Assembly: GCF_009914755.1 (NCBI RefSeq)
Contig: NC_060930.1
Strand: one strand, 5' to 3'
Source: the human T2T-CHM13v2.0 reference genome, Homo sapiens
Length of the DNA: 64,000 bases
The notes below the pieces were generated by a model. The model saw only the letters and a list, made by a program, of their open reading frames with translations, had not been told where the DNA came from and ran no database searches. Shown piece by piece: positions 29,040 through 43,960 of the stretch (positions are counted from its first letter, which is position 1; each line of letters starts with the position of its first letter). A program made the position numbers and the translations under genes.

Positions 29040-29230
29040 GTCAGACAACTTGGATGTGGGTTTTAGTTCTGGGTCTTATACTTCAAATGATGCAGGGCAG
29101 AGTGATCCCACGCCAGGGCAAGCTGGGTGCTAAAGGATTTAGGCGCTCTATCACAAGAGGAACAGGAAAAAAGAAGGCTTAGGTGGGGATACGAGAGCTG
29201 TCTTCAAACATCTGGGAGAATGTCCTGTGT
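29040..29230 (+). mobile_element. CR1/L3 3' fragment, continuing the 27.6-28.3 kb element
   Basis: 'gaaaaaagaaggcttagg...gctgtcttcaaacatctg' resembles the CR1 ORF2 C-terminus (EKRRLRG...VFKYL). Confidence 0.55.
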
Positions 29231-29769
29231 TCCCTCACCGTCTAAGGCTCAGGGACTTCTTCCAGAACAGGATGGAGCCCTGGACACACAACTACACACA
29301 CAAACAATTGTCACAGAGTGGGAGGCAGGATAAAGTGGTGAGTAACAGCCTGGCCTGAGACACAGGCTCACGCATCTGACACTGGCTGAGCCGCGCACTA
29401 GCTGAGTGGCCTTGGGCATGTTTTGTAACCTCCTTGACTGTTCCCTTATCTGTGAAATTGAGATAAATGTACTACCCACTTCATAAAAAGATCAAATGTG
29501 ATAATACTTGAAATATGTTTAGAACAAAGTTGGCCATATTCAATAAATGTTAGCTTAAAAAAAAATCAGAGAGTGTGTCATCCCTCAAAGCCTAAAGGAG
29601 TTCCCTTCAGAGGCTGCAGACACCAGATTCAGAACCTCGGGACTCAGCTTCTCAAAGGTGCTTTTCCAGATTCCCACACATCCCTGATCCCTGAGCATCT
29701 GTGGTTCTCAGCCGTCTGTCTTTCTTCTCTGCCTGAGCCTCATCCTCTCAGGGCCCAACTCAACTTTAT

Positions 29770-29975
29770 AAAAATTTTATTTATTTTTAATTTTACAAGT
29801 AATAATTGTATATATTTATAGGGTACAATGTGATGTTTTGATATATGTATACGTCGTAGAAAGATTAAATCAAGCTAATTAATATATCAATCACTTTACC
29901 AACTTACTGTTTTTGTGTGTGGTGAGAATGTTTAAAATCTATTCTTTTAGCAATTTTGAAATATACGATACATTT
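29770..29975 (-). mobile_element. L1MA 3' end
   Basis: 'aattgtatatatttatagggtacaatgtgatgttttgatatatgtatac...attaaatcaagctaattaa'. Confidence 0.85.
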
Positions 29976-30239
29976 TCCAACCTCTGCTTTTAAAAGAACC
30001 AGCCCACTGTGACCCAGGCAGAGTCGTGGGGGCTGGGGCGGGAAAACAAATCAAGCTGACAACCGGTAAATACAACATGTCGACAGTTACTCCTTCGTAA
30101 TATCCTAGCGTGGGGAGAGCTGCCCTCTTCTTTTTTTTTTACACCCCTAGAGACATCCCTTGCCATGAGAGGGTTCACATGCAGGTATGCTCACACCCCA
30201 GCCTGTGTGCTGAGTGAGCTAAATTTGCAACCATAACTT

Positions 30240-30910
30240 TCTCTTCCCTCCGTACTCCCGGCAGAGGTCAGCCCTCAGGTCTGAGGATGCGCCCTGTGTG
30301 GAGTGGTGCGCGCTCAGAAGGTCCGGCAAGGGGGAAAAGGCCAGCCGGGGCTGTGAACAGACTCAGGGCTGTCCGGGCAGGGACACTCAGAGGAAGGGGT
30401 AGCGGCCAGGTCTCCTTGGTTCTTGGAATCCTGGCCGTTTAAAGGTGGGGCTCAGAGCAGGGGCTCCTCCGCCCGGGCCCACGGGCAATTCTATTCCTGG
30501 TAACCCTCGAAAGCCTGCAGGTCTCTGCTCTGGCTGTGGCCCGGGCCACCCTGCCTGACGCGTGTGCTTGGAGTGAGGGCCGTGTGTTCACCCTCGAGGA
30601 AGACTGCATAGGAAGAGAGTGGCAGGTCTATTTACCCCAGGGCGGGTTGACAGAGAGACCGAGGGTGGTGACAGGGTAAAGAGAAGGAGAGCAGGGGCGG
30701 TGTCTGAGGTCTGCAGGCAGCAGGGAGAAGGCTGCCCTGACCCGAAGAGGGTGCCCGAGGCTTCGGTGTGCTGAGGCCGGGGCAGCTGCTGGACTTCGGG
30801 TCTTCGGTGCGGACCCTGGACCTGCCTCAGATCCGTTCCTAGCCGCCCCTCTGCTCTGTATGGCAGGGAAGAGGCCCTAAAGAATGCTCCTCTCAGGATG
30901 CCGGGCCAGC
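30240..30910. promoter_or_regulatory. GC/CpG-enriched non-repeat segment (possible promoter or weak CpG island)
   Basis: Local excess of CpG, GC-box-like motifs (ccgccc about 30469, gggcgg about 30640 and 30695), CRE half-site tgacg about 30556. Confidence 0.35.
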
Positions 30911-30929
30911 AGGCTGCCGGCTAGGTATG

Positions 30930-31280
30930 GACCATGGACGGAGGCTTTGATCAGAGATTGGAGGCTGGGTGGGGCAGGAGGAGGCACCTTCTCCCCGCTC
31001 CTTCTCCGTCTTGGGTGCCTTCTCTGGCAGGAGCTGCATTTCTCTCATGACCCCGCTCCCACTGTGGCTGCAGTTTCTTTGCAGTGACCTTGATGCGTGG
31101 CCTTGGTCAGCGGCCTCCTCCCTTGTCCCTCAGCCTCAGGCAGTGGTGGCTTCCTGCTGTTGCTGGTCCCTGGGTTGCCTTACTGACCCCTGGTTGATTT
31201 CCTGACCTTTTTGGTTTTTTTTAATCACCTGTGCAATCAATTCCCCACATTAAATTCCTCCTGTTTTATATCTTCTGTTA
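30930..31280 (+). mobile_element. ERVL LTR (LTR33/LTR16-like)
   Basis: 'ggcagtggtggcttcctgctgttgctggtccctgggttgcct...attaaattcctcctgttt'. Confidence 0.5.
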
Positions 31281-31866
31281 CACTTATGGGCAATTTTAGG
31301 ATTTAGATCAAAACCAATGCATATTGTTACACTCATTTATATAGTGAAGAAATTGGGTTTTAGAGACGCTAAATAATTTTCTAAGGTTACCAACTAATAA
31401 ATGATAGAGCAAACAGGATTTGAATCTAAATTTGCTTCACTTCCTAGCCTATTCTCTTTCCAATAGGCCTTACTGCCTCTGGGAATACATCTTGGTCAAC
31501 TGTATTGGGGAATATGTGACGCAGTGTGAGAAGCCAGAGGAAGGAGAGCTGATGGGCTGAGGATGGCTATAGCCTTCTAAAATCACCCCAGCACTCTCAT
31601 TGCTAGGAAGCCAGGAATAAATATCATTTTTAAATTCTCATTTTAAATATTTTCAGAAAATCTGAATAGAAAGAAATCTCACTGTATCCACAGTAGACTG
31701 TTATTTAGACTGCTGGAAATAGATTGAAATCGTTAGGCTTAATGGAAAGCTGGGTAAGATACTATGATTTTTTTGAGAAACAAGAAGTCAGGCTGAAAGG
31801 AAATGCCTGCTATAATTAGAGAAAATTAAGATTTAATCCAGTAAATACCAATGCAAACAATTCTTC

Positions 31867-31867
<1 letters not shown>

Positions 31868-31910
<43 letters not shown>

Positions 31911-31929
31911 TGTGTGTGTGTGTGTGTGT
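31868..31929. repeat. (CT)n(GT)n microsatellite
   Basis: Directly visible. Confidence 0.95.
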
Positions 31930-32204
31930 ATTTCTTTCATTTCTCTTTTAAAACTTTAAACCAGTGGCTCCTAGTGAATACCCTTGCATCACATCTTAGA
32001 CTGGAGTGAGTTGTTCCCAAGGCAAAGAACTTGGTCTTGTCTCAGTTCATGGTAGGGGCTAGGGAGGGGTGTTGAGGGGGAAGTAAGAGAGGAAGAAGAG
32101 GGAAGGAAATTAGGTTAATGGTATAATTTTCCTTAATTTTAAAATTTTTTGTTTTGTTTTTCTTAAATATCACCAGAAACACTTGCGTGGACTAGCATCT
32201 ATAG

Positions 32205-32537
<333 letters not shown>

Positions 32538-33847
32538 TTCATAAGTTTTCTTATTAATAATTGATGGTGTGCCACAGAGTGGCAGGACTCCAGTGGCTCT
32601 GCCCTGAAAACAAACTTGGGAACTGCTGCCTGTGTATGCCGGGACGCCCTCCTGTGCATGCTGTGTGGATCCCATCCCAGAATCCATTCTAGGAGTGGTG
32701 ATGTTAGCCCTCAGCTTCCTGAACTCACCCAGCCCCAGCTCTTCTCTTCCTCTGCATACACAATGGCACTCCAGACCACAAGTGCCCCAGCCCCATTTTG
32801 GTTAAGAAAACATTGTTGTTTCAGTCAGAGGAACCCCTTGGAGTTAGGATGAGCTGCACACATCTCAGATGGTGTTGTTCTGGAGTGACCCGGCAGCATC
32901 TAGAGGATTTAGGAGGTGCCTTCTCTGCTCTGGTTGGGGGAGAAAGAGACTTGGTGACCATCACTCCTTGAACTTGGACTATCTCAAAGGCAGCCAAGAC
33001 CTACAGGTGGATTGTGAAAGCCATCAGTTTGACCTTCCCAGCCTGGGAGTGCAGGGAGAACGGCAGCTCCAGTTCAGGGTAGACACTCCCCTAAACATTT
33101 CCCCTGGAGCCCGAGGTCCTCAGTCCTCCAGCCCCCAGGACCTCACTTCCTCCCTCCCCTCCCCAATCCCTAACTGTTTGCTGGAAAAGAAGACTCTTGT
33201 CAAATAGAGCATAGCAAAGACCCAGCCTGTCTCTGTGTGTTTTGCCAAGGACGAAAACAATTTTCCAGGAATCAATAGTTGGTGGCGTTTGAAGATCTCA
33301 TCCCAAACCCCATCTCATTAAACCAGGCCATTTTATTCAATATTTGCACCACAGCCAGGGAGGAGTTAATGGGATCCAGATTCATCTTGGAGGTGAGAGT
33401 CTTTTATAAATTCTAATAAGTCACAAGAATTGGCAGCTTGCAGGCCAATTTTTCAGAACAGCCAATATTTAATAGACTACCTCAGATGATTAAGTGAAAT
33501 GATTTCTTGGAGCAGTCCCAGAGATGGCTCTAAAAGTTGTCTCAGCTAATTATCTCAGAACTAAAGAGGAAAATTGCAATGCCACTTGCCAGTTTAAATC
33601 TGGTTTCTGACAAGAGTAGAGCTTCTTAATTTAGGCTCTACATGCTCCGAAAGTCCAAGGTGGGGCAACAGAGGGACAGTGAGCACCTTAGGTGTGTATA
33701 AAATTATGTGCATTTTTATCCATTTTTCATCAGATTCCCAGATGAACCTATGACTACAGAAGTAAAACTACTGACTTGGATTATTGATGCCATTTATTTT
33801 ACTGGTCTATTTCTACAATCTGGTTAATTTTTCATTTTGATTTGTCT

Positions 33848-34140
33848 TTTTTTTTTTTTCTGAGACAGAGTCTCAGTCTGTCGCCCAGGCTGGAGTGCAG
33901 CGGGGCAATCTCTCACTGCAACCTCAGCCTCCCGGGTTCAAGTGATTCTCGTGCCTCAGCCTCCCAAGTAGCTGCGATTACAGGTGTGCACCACCACGCC
34001 AGGCTAATTTTTGTATTTTTAGTAGAGACGGGTTTTCGCCATGTTGACCAGGCTGGTCTCGAACTCCTGACCTCAGGTGATCCACCCATCCTGGCCTCCC
34101 AAAGTGCTGGGATTACAGGTGTGAGGCACTGCGCCCAGCT
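33848..34140 (-). mobile_element. AluS
   Basis: Full dimer, antisense. Confidence 0.95.
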
Positions 34141-34656
34141 GATTCTCTTTTTATCCCCTTCCTCTAGGTAGTCTTTGTATTAATATATGGACCACTGAAC
34201 CCAAGAAAACTGCTGGATGATTTATCAAACTGTTTTTGCAGTAAGAAAGAGATGGCATCATTTATTTGGGAATCTAACACCTCACTGCCCATTCCTCCCC
34301 ATTCCCCACCCCTGCCCAATGTTAAAACATTCCATTCTAAACCTGGGAATAGCGTGGCAAGGTTCAGTGATTTCAAAATAAAGGCAAACCTGAGTTCTCC
34401 CTTCAAAGTCAGATTTCCAAACATCTGAGGACAGTGTCTGTTTCCTGTCTCAGTAGAATTGCTAAATTACACCTAGCTTCCTCCGATGAGATCTTTTCCT
34501 CTCCACACCCTGCCAATTACTTGCCAATTAATACAATCAAGTAACCACTTTGAACAACTTTTAACTTTGAATGTCAGGTTAACATTTTTCCTCACTCTCC
34601 TCCACCCACGATTTCCTGAATTTTCAAGGCTTGAGCTTTCCCCCATCCTCCCTCTC

Positions 34657-35548
34657 AATCATCTTAAAACTCTGCAAGGCTAGGGCTAGTGAAGAATATG
34701 CACATGAATATCCGATGGACTTCTGCCTACTTCCTTCCTAAATAAGCAATAAGGTCAACAAGGGCTGGGTAAAAAGCCTCACAAATACGAAAGCTGTCAT
34801 GTTTGTGAGCCCAGAATTTCAGTTCTGAGTGATGATTGGCTATGGAAAATATCTGGTGTCTCCAGAAAACAAAGCCCTTTTGTTCAGGGAGCTCAAAGTT
34901 TTTAAACGCCCACACATTCATTCCCTCTTCCGAAGCCCCACCTGTGAGGAAGGTTAGGTGGGGGTGACCATCTGCACCTGCACGCTGGTGTCCTCCAGGA
35001 GGAACTTGCACTTGCATCTCTGTCCATTTTTGCCCCAGTGACCAGCTCACCTCACGTGGATGGAGGCAACTATGATAAACTCCTGCCCTGGTGCCCGAGG
35101 ACAGGACACTCTTCTTATTCCTCCACAAGCTGTGTGACCCTGAACAAGTTACTTAAGTTCCTTCTACTGCCGTCAAATGGAGATAAAGATGCCTACATAT
35201 CCGCGATGTTAAGAAGATTAATTTAGATGAAATACATAAAGTGGCTAGCATTCCATGTTAGATTTCTTCCTTATCTGTAGAATGGGGTAATAATACCTGA
35301 CAATAATATAATCCTACTTATCCATAGCCTACTAAGGGCTCTGTGGAAGGCTGCAAGGATTGAATATACCTGAATTCTTCTAAAAATGTCTGATTTGGAG
35401 GTTAAAACTTCTGAAAGATGATGTCACCGAAACACGAGTAAGAACTACATCAGGCTTTCCTAGAATGTGTCCTTTTGGAACCAAGAGACAGTGAATTATG
35501 AAAGAATTCTGAAATCAGATATGTTTGGGAAATTCTGCTGTCTCTTTC

Positions 35549-35581
<33 letters not shown>

Positions 35582-35834
35582 GTGTGTGTGTATATATATA
35601 TATGTATATATATGTGTATATATATATATTTTTTTCCCCAGTCCTCAGAACTGAAATTCTTGGATCACAAACCTGACAGCTTTCATATTTGTGAAGCTTT
35701 TTACCCAGCCCTTGTTGACCTTACTGCTCACATATGACTAGGGTATTTAGGAAGGAAGTAGGCAGAAATCCTTCATCGGCTGTTCACATGAATATTCTTC
35801 ACTAGCCCTAGCCCCCTTGAGTTTTAAGATGATT
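34657..35834. repeat. Inverted duplication, arms 34657-34829 and 35644-35834
   Basis: Arms are reverse complements over about 175 bp with scattered mismatches; the ORF track shows the same peptide (DSF.ICEAFYPALVDL) on opposite strands. Confidence 0.95.
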
Positions 35835-36035
35835 ATATTTATATATATAAAATATATACATATATTCTCCTTGTAGGTTCACATTGCACATTAGTATCTT
35901 CAAGTCCTGTGACTTCAAAAAAACTTTAACTATAACTAAACCAGTGTTTGCACATTTGTTTGACCTTGGAAAACTTTTATTCATGTCACACTGTTAATAT
36001 CCCTGATTTGACATAACACACTTTGAGTTATGCTA
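35450..36035 (-). mobile_element. Charlie4-like hAT element split by (TA)n and the inverted copy
   Basis: 'caggctttcctagaatgtgtcc...tatgtttgggaaa' before the insertion; 'ttcacattgcacattagtat...ccagtgtttgcacatttgtttgacc...cacactttgag' after it. Confidence 0.55.
35549..35628. repeat. (TA)n/(TG)n microsatellite
   Basis: Directly visible. Confidence 0.95.
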
Positions 36036-37234
36036 AACTACCCTACTCTCAGTGTAGGCTATTCCAAGGATTGGATGACCCACTTGCTGTGATAATTTTA
36101 AAGATTGTTTTAAAATTGAATTAGAAATCCAAAGTGGGGTGTTCCATGACTGCATTTAGTCATCAGGAAGTCTTTTTTATCCTATGATTGAATAGTTTTT
36201 AGATTCATGGCCTAAACTCTTCTTGCAAAAGAGGAATTTTATATCTTCTGGATTCATCATTTGAGCATTTTGTTTTACAAAAAAAAAATTATTTTTGGAT
36301 GTATAAGGCTTTTTACCTAGTATCTGTCTGGTACTTAGGATCATCAAGACATCCAGGAAAGAAGTGGAAACAAAGGTTTTATCCACATATTCCCACAAGT
36401 AGCTTTCACCACTTTCTGCTGGCAGTGGGTTGGGATGTTTGTCTTTGCCATCACAGTTGTACCTACCACTTTATCTTCATCCTCAAGGACCAATGCCTCC
36501 AGAGTTTCACATTCAGTGCCAGATGCAATGGTGTCTGTTATTTACATGTGCTATGTATGTATGTGCTATGCACCGTGCGTGTATTTTTCTAATTTAATCC
36601 TTGCCACAACTTTTTATGTTAGGTATTTTTTCCTTCATCTTACAGAGGAGAAGAAGATGGAGGCTCACAGTGGTTAAGTTAACTTGCTTATAATAAGATG
36701 TAGAACTAGGACTCCAAGGCAAGGTCGACTGGCTGCAAAGCTGGTGCTCTTTCTAATCTTCACATCACCTTCACTCCTATTCCCCAAGATGTTTGGGGCT
36801 TCCCATCCTGGCAGGATCTCATATTCCACACCTTCTCTTATCTTTGTAAAATTACACCTGTTTTAGTAAAAGAGGAAAACCATCTGATCATTTCAATCAA
36901 TGCAGAAAAAGCATTGACAAAATTCAGTACCCATATGATGAAAACTCTCAGCAACTAAAAACTTCCTTAGCTGATAAAGGACATCTTTAAAAAACAAACA
37001 TCTAACATCATACTTAATGGTGAAAGATTGAAAGCTTTCTCCCTAAAATCAGGAACAAAGCAAGGATGCCTGCTTTCACTTCTATTCAACATTGTACTGG
37101 AGGGCCTGGCCATTGCCATAAGGCAGGAAAAAGAAATGAAAGGCATAAAGATCAAAGAGGAGCAAATAAAACTGTTCCTGTTTGCAGATATTATAATTGT
37201 TCATATATAAAATCCCAGAGAATCTACAAAATAA

Positions 37235-37663
<429 letters not shown>

Positions 37664-38440
37664 CAAAAATAAAGTTTTAAAAAAGCAATTCCATTTATAA
37701 TAGTACCACAAAACACAAAATAGTTAAAAATAGATCTAATAAAAGATGTCCAAAGCTTCTACACTGAGAACTATACATTATTGTGGATAAAAATGTAAAA
37801 GACATACTTAACTGGAAAGCTATACTGTGTTCATTGATTGAAAGACTCAATATTGTTTAAATGACAGTGCTTCCCAAATTGGCCTATAAGTTCAACATAT
37901 TCTCCATCAAAATCTCAAGAAGATCTTTTGTAGAAAGTGAGAAGCTGATTCTAAAATGTATGGCCATGCAAAAGACATAGGCTAACCAAAGCTAACTTTA
38001 AAGAGAACAGTGTAGAAGAACTTTTCCTACCTGATTTCAATACTTTTACTGAAAAGTTAGAGTAATCAAGACAGTTTTAGTATTGGCAAAAAGATTAACG
38101 TTCAGATCAATGGAACAAAATGGAGTCTGGAAATATACCCACACATAGTGATAGGAGATGTTTGATAAAAGTGCTGAAGCAATTCATCAGAGAAAGAAAA
38201 GTTTTCAACAAGCGGTATAAAATAACTGAATACTATACAGAAGAATAATGAACATCAATTCTTACTTCCCACCACATACAAAAATTAACTTGAAATGGCC
38301 TATAGACCTTCCTAGTTTTAGTAACACCTAAAGCTAAAAATATATATAGAAGAAAATATTTGTAACCTTGGAATAGCCAAAGATTTTTTTAGATATGTCA
38401 CATAAATGACAAAGTGGCTTCATCAAAATTAAAAAAAACC

Positions 38441-38640
38441 TTTTTTCGAGACAGGGTCTTACTCTGTCACCCAGGCTGGAGTGCAGTGGTGTGGTCACAG
38501 CTCACTGCAGCCTTGACCTCCTAGACTCAAATGATTCTTCTTCTCCAGCCTCCCAAGTAGTTGGGACCACAGGTGCATGCCACCACACCCAGCTAAGTTT
38601 TGTATTTTTTGTAGAGATGGGGCCTCTATGTTGCCCAGGT
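38441..38640 (-). mobile_element. AluJ/FRAM partial
   Basis: Antisense right arm. Confidence 0.85.
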
Positions 38641-38917
38641 TAACATTTAAAACTTTTATCTTCAAAAGACACTGATAAGAAAATGTAAAAGCAAACCACA
38701 AACTGGAAAAAAAAAACTATTTATTACACATATATCAGATAAAGAATTTGTTTCTATACTATATAAAGAATGCTTACAACGAAATAAAAAAACAATTAAA
38801 ACTTGTTGAAGTATTTGAACAGACATTTCATGAAGACATAACAATAGCCAATAAACACATGAAAAGATATCGAACATCATTAGTCATCACAGAAATGCAA
38901 TTAAAACCACAGGAGGA

Positions 38918-39210
38918 AGCCAGGCACAGTGGCTTATGCCTGTAATCCCAGCACTTTGGGAGGCCAAGGTGGGGGGATCACGAGGTCAGGGGATTGAGAC
39001 CATCCTGGCTAACATGGTGAAACCCCATTTCTACTAAAAATACAAAAAATTAGCTGGGCGTGGTGGCTGTAGTCCCAGCTACTCGGGAGGCTGAGGCAGG
39101 AGAATGGCGTGAACCTAGGAGGCAGAGCTTGCAGTGAGCTGAGGTGGCACCACTGCACTCCTGCCTGGGCCACAGAGTGAAACTCCCGTCTCAAAAAAAA
39201 TAAAAAAAAT
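38918..39210 (+). mobile_element. AluY-like
   Basis: 'gagaccatcctggctaac', 'agaatggcgtgaacc'; TSD aattaaaa(a)ccacagga. Confidence 0.95.
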
Positions 39211-39571
39211 TAAAAACCACAGGAAGATACCACTATTACCCTACTGGAATGGCTAAAATTAAAGCATGTCATGCTAAGTATTGGTAAGAATGTGAGGCAA
39301 ATGGAGTTATTGTACCTTGTTGGGAAAACCAAATGGTGCAACTACTTTGAAAAACAGTTTGGTAGTTTCTTAAAAAGTTAAATACTCATCTACCAAGTGA
39401 CCCAGCCATTCTACTGGGTCACTTGGTAGATGGATATTTACCTAAGAAAAATGAAAACATGTCCACAGAAGAACTGTTCATAAATGCTCATAGCAGCCTT
39501 ATTTGAAATAGTCCCAAATGGGAAACAACCCAAAATGCCCATCAGTAGGTGAATGGATGCCAAATTGTGCC

Positions 39572-40227
<656 letters not shown>

Positions 40228-42236
40228 GTATCAATATAACCTATAACCGAATGTGACTAGTGATAACAAGGAACAAACTGTCACTGCATGCAACAGCGTG
40301 GATCAATCCTAAAAGCATCATGTTGAGTCAAAGATATGAGACACTACCCCCAAGTACACACACAGTATGTTTCCATTTATTTACAGTTTTTTTAAATCTA
40401 CACTAATCTGTAGTGATAGAAAGCAGATGAGTGGCTGCTGAGTATGCAGTGCAGACAGGGATAGATTACACAAGGCACAGGGAAACTTTTGGAGGTGATG
40501 GAAATTTTCACTATATTGATCATGGTAATTTGCTAAAACTCATCAAATTGTACAATTTTACTTTTTGCAGCTTGTTGAATGTCAATCATGCCTTAATAAC
40601 ACTGAAAAAAACTCCACCTGTCCTGGGCCCATTTTTTCAGAGCCTGCTCCTGGTTTCCTAAGGGCCAAATCATCAAGCAGTAAAATCATGAGAGGCTTTT
40701 GAGAACCTAAGGAAGAGGAACTACTAAAAGCTAAGAGGGGCCATCAAGACTAGGTGCATTCTCCTCTCCTAAAGCTTCTTGGCTTGGGAAAGAAAAGGGG
40801 TGTGTAGACATAGGCTGAAGGGAGGTTAGTAGGCATTTGGGGCACTTGTGTGGTGCCCTGGTGAACAAGACTTGGAGGTGCCAAGGTGCATAGGCCACGT
40901 GAAGATACAGGAGGATGGCGCTGGGGGTTGAATGACCCAGGTGGTACAGATGAGGGGCCTGACATCACCCAGAGGGTGCTATCTGCTGGCAGCCACCCTT
41001 CCGCTTTGGCCTACTTCTGCTTGGCATTTTCAACTGTGACTTAGATGACAACATAAATTACAAGCTTGTTAAATATATATTCAGCAAATATCTATTGAGT
41101 CCTACAATGTGACAGGCACCATGTCGGTCCCACAAGGGATAGATGATGGGAGGAGATGACTTGGCCACCTGGAGCTTAAACAATAAAGAAAGGCTGTGAG
41201 ACTTATATACTCACAAATATCCCGTTCAAAGTCTTGATTTGACACACAGAGCTGTGCTTAGAGAAGGAGTGTGGGGTTCCAAGGATTGCAAGGAGGAGGA
41301 GTGTGTACAGGGACAGGCGAGCACACGGCCAGGGAGCCCAGAGGGCTGGGTGAGTCTGGCCTTGCACGATTTGGGCGTTTGGTCTGAGAGAAGGGCAGCG
41401 ATGGAGGATTTAGAGCAGCGAGGGTTGTGGTCGGATTTGTGGTTTTACTAGATTGCTCTGGGAGCTGGAGGGGGACTTGGAGGCAGAAGGGGATGGCAGC
41501 CCAGGGGAGGGAAGGCAGGGCCTCAGGGGCACAAGGGAGTGGCCTGCATACACGGCCCCCAAATGCACTCCTCAACCCTGGCCTCCCTTGTCACGTGCTG
41601 TGACCCTAAGCTGTCTCACACCTCTTGTCCCCTATCCCTGCTTCTCCAGCTCAGGCTCTTCTTGTCTTGGTGTGTCACTGTGAGCATCGTGTTTCTGAGC
41701 TCAGCTCTGAGTGTCTGCCCTAATCCTCGCCCCTCATAAAAGCATACCGATTTTGGTGTGGACAGATCTGGCTGCAAACCTTGGCTCCATTACTTATAGC
41801 TATGACCTTGGGCAACTAACTAAGCTTTCTAAGCCTCAGTTTTCTCATCTTTACAATGGGGATATCTCCCTCAGTACGATGACTGTGAGGATTAAACTGA
41901 ATAAATATGTAAAGTGCTAGGTAAACTTTAGGCTTTCCCTCAGGTTTTGCCCCACAAAATCAGAATGATTCTTTGGCCTTTAATTTGGGGACAGAGAGGC
42001 AAATGACAATAACATTAGGAAATGTTGGAAATGTTAAAAATCAAACAATCTCTAGGGGCCAGAACGTCTCTAGGCAGAAGGAGGGTCCGGTAAAATCTCC
42101 CCTCCCCCATTCAGTTAGGAGGCACGTCAGAAAGTGTTGAGAGTGTAGGGGGCCTCAGTGGCCCCTGCACTAGGAAGGCAGCAGCAGGCGTTCCTGCTCC
42201 TACAGGAGACAGGCTGGCCCATCTCGGGAGGCACTT

Positions 42237-42460
42237 AGTGCTTCTTAACTAAAGGCGATTCTGCCCTCCAGGGAGCATTGGCAACGTCTGGAGACATCCG
42301 ACTGTCACAACAGGGGAGTACTACTGGCATCTGGTGGGTGGAAGCCAGGGATGCCACTGAACATCCTATAATGCAAGGAGAGGGAGGACAGGGTCCCCCT
42401 ACAACAAAGAATTCTCCAGCCTCCAATGTCAATAGTACTGAGGTTGAGAAACTCCGGGCT
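42237..42460. mobile_element. MER20 hAT MITE
   Basis: 'ggcaacgtctggagacat...tactggcatctggtgggtggaagccagggatgc...aatgtcaatagtactgaggttgagaaac'. Confidence 0.85.
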
Positions 42461-42884
42461 AGTAAGAAAGCCGGGTCCAAATTCCAACTCTCTCATTAAT
42501 AGCATTGTTACTTTGGGAAGGTATTTAACTTCTGTGTGCTGGTTTCTACATCTGTAAAATGAGGATGATAATCACAGTACCGTCATAAGGTGGTTGTGAG
42601 CATCCAATGAGTTTACAGTAGGGATTGTGTTTAAATTACTGACTAGGACATAGGAAAACCCTATGTAGGAGCTGGGAATTGAACCATCTCCCATTGGAGA
42701 TGCCACCTGGGGTCATAGCTCTTCCCCCAGGGGCCACATCCTTGCCTCCCTCCCAGAGAGTTTCTCTCTTCCCTAGGCTACACATCCCCATTCTTTTCAG
42801 CTGACACAGTGCCCAGAGGCTTTACCATGCTGTTCTGTTTTCTGGAAGGATTCTGTCAGAGTTACTTTTTTAAAAAGCCACCCT

Positions 42885-43176
<292 letters not shown>

Positions 43177-43650
43177 CTATCACCTTCCTAACCCGATGCA
43201 ACCCTCTGGTGAATGTTATCTAAGATGGGGTTGGCATTTGTCATGAGAGTTGTGAGCTGCCGTTGGCTACTTATACTTTGATCAATTGGAAACTGCCAGC
43301 CCTGCTTCAGCAGAGGAGGAGCCCCAGGGTGGAAAGGGTCCTGAGAGGACATCACAGAGTACGTGGCTCTCCAGCAACAAGTGCTGTATCAAAAAGGAAT
43401 TTTCTACTCAGCCTGAAAATTCAGTGAACTAAAACTCTGCTTTCCTTGGGATTAGGTAGGGTAGCATTGAACTGAAAAGATCCTCCCAGAAAAGCTATGT
43501 CACCAAGCAGGAGACCCTGACCCTTGCATGCCTTATTCCTCTTTCGCCTCATCTCCTCAGTGGGGTTATTAGTCTGATTCACTCTATCATTTCCTAAACT
43601 CCTCAGAGGATAGCCTCTTCTGGAAACAGGATCATATAAAAGATTCTCCT

Positions 43651-43960
<310 letters not shown>

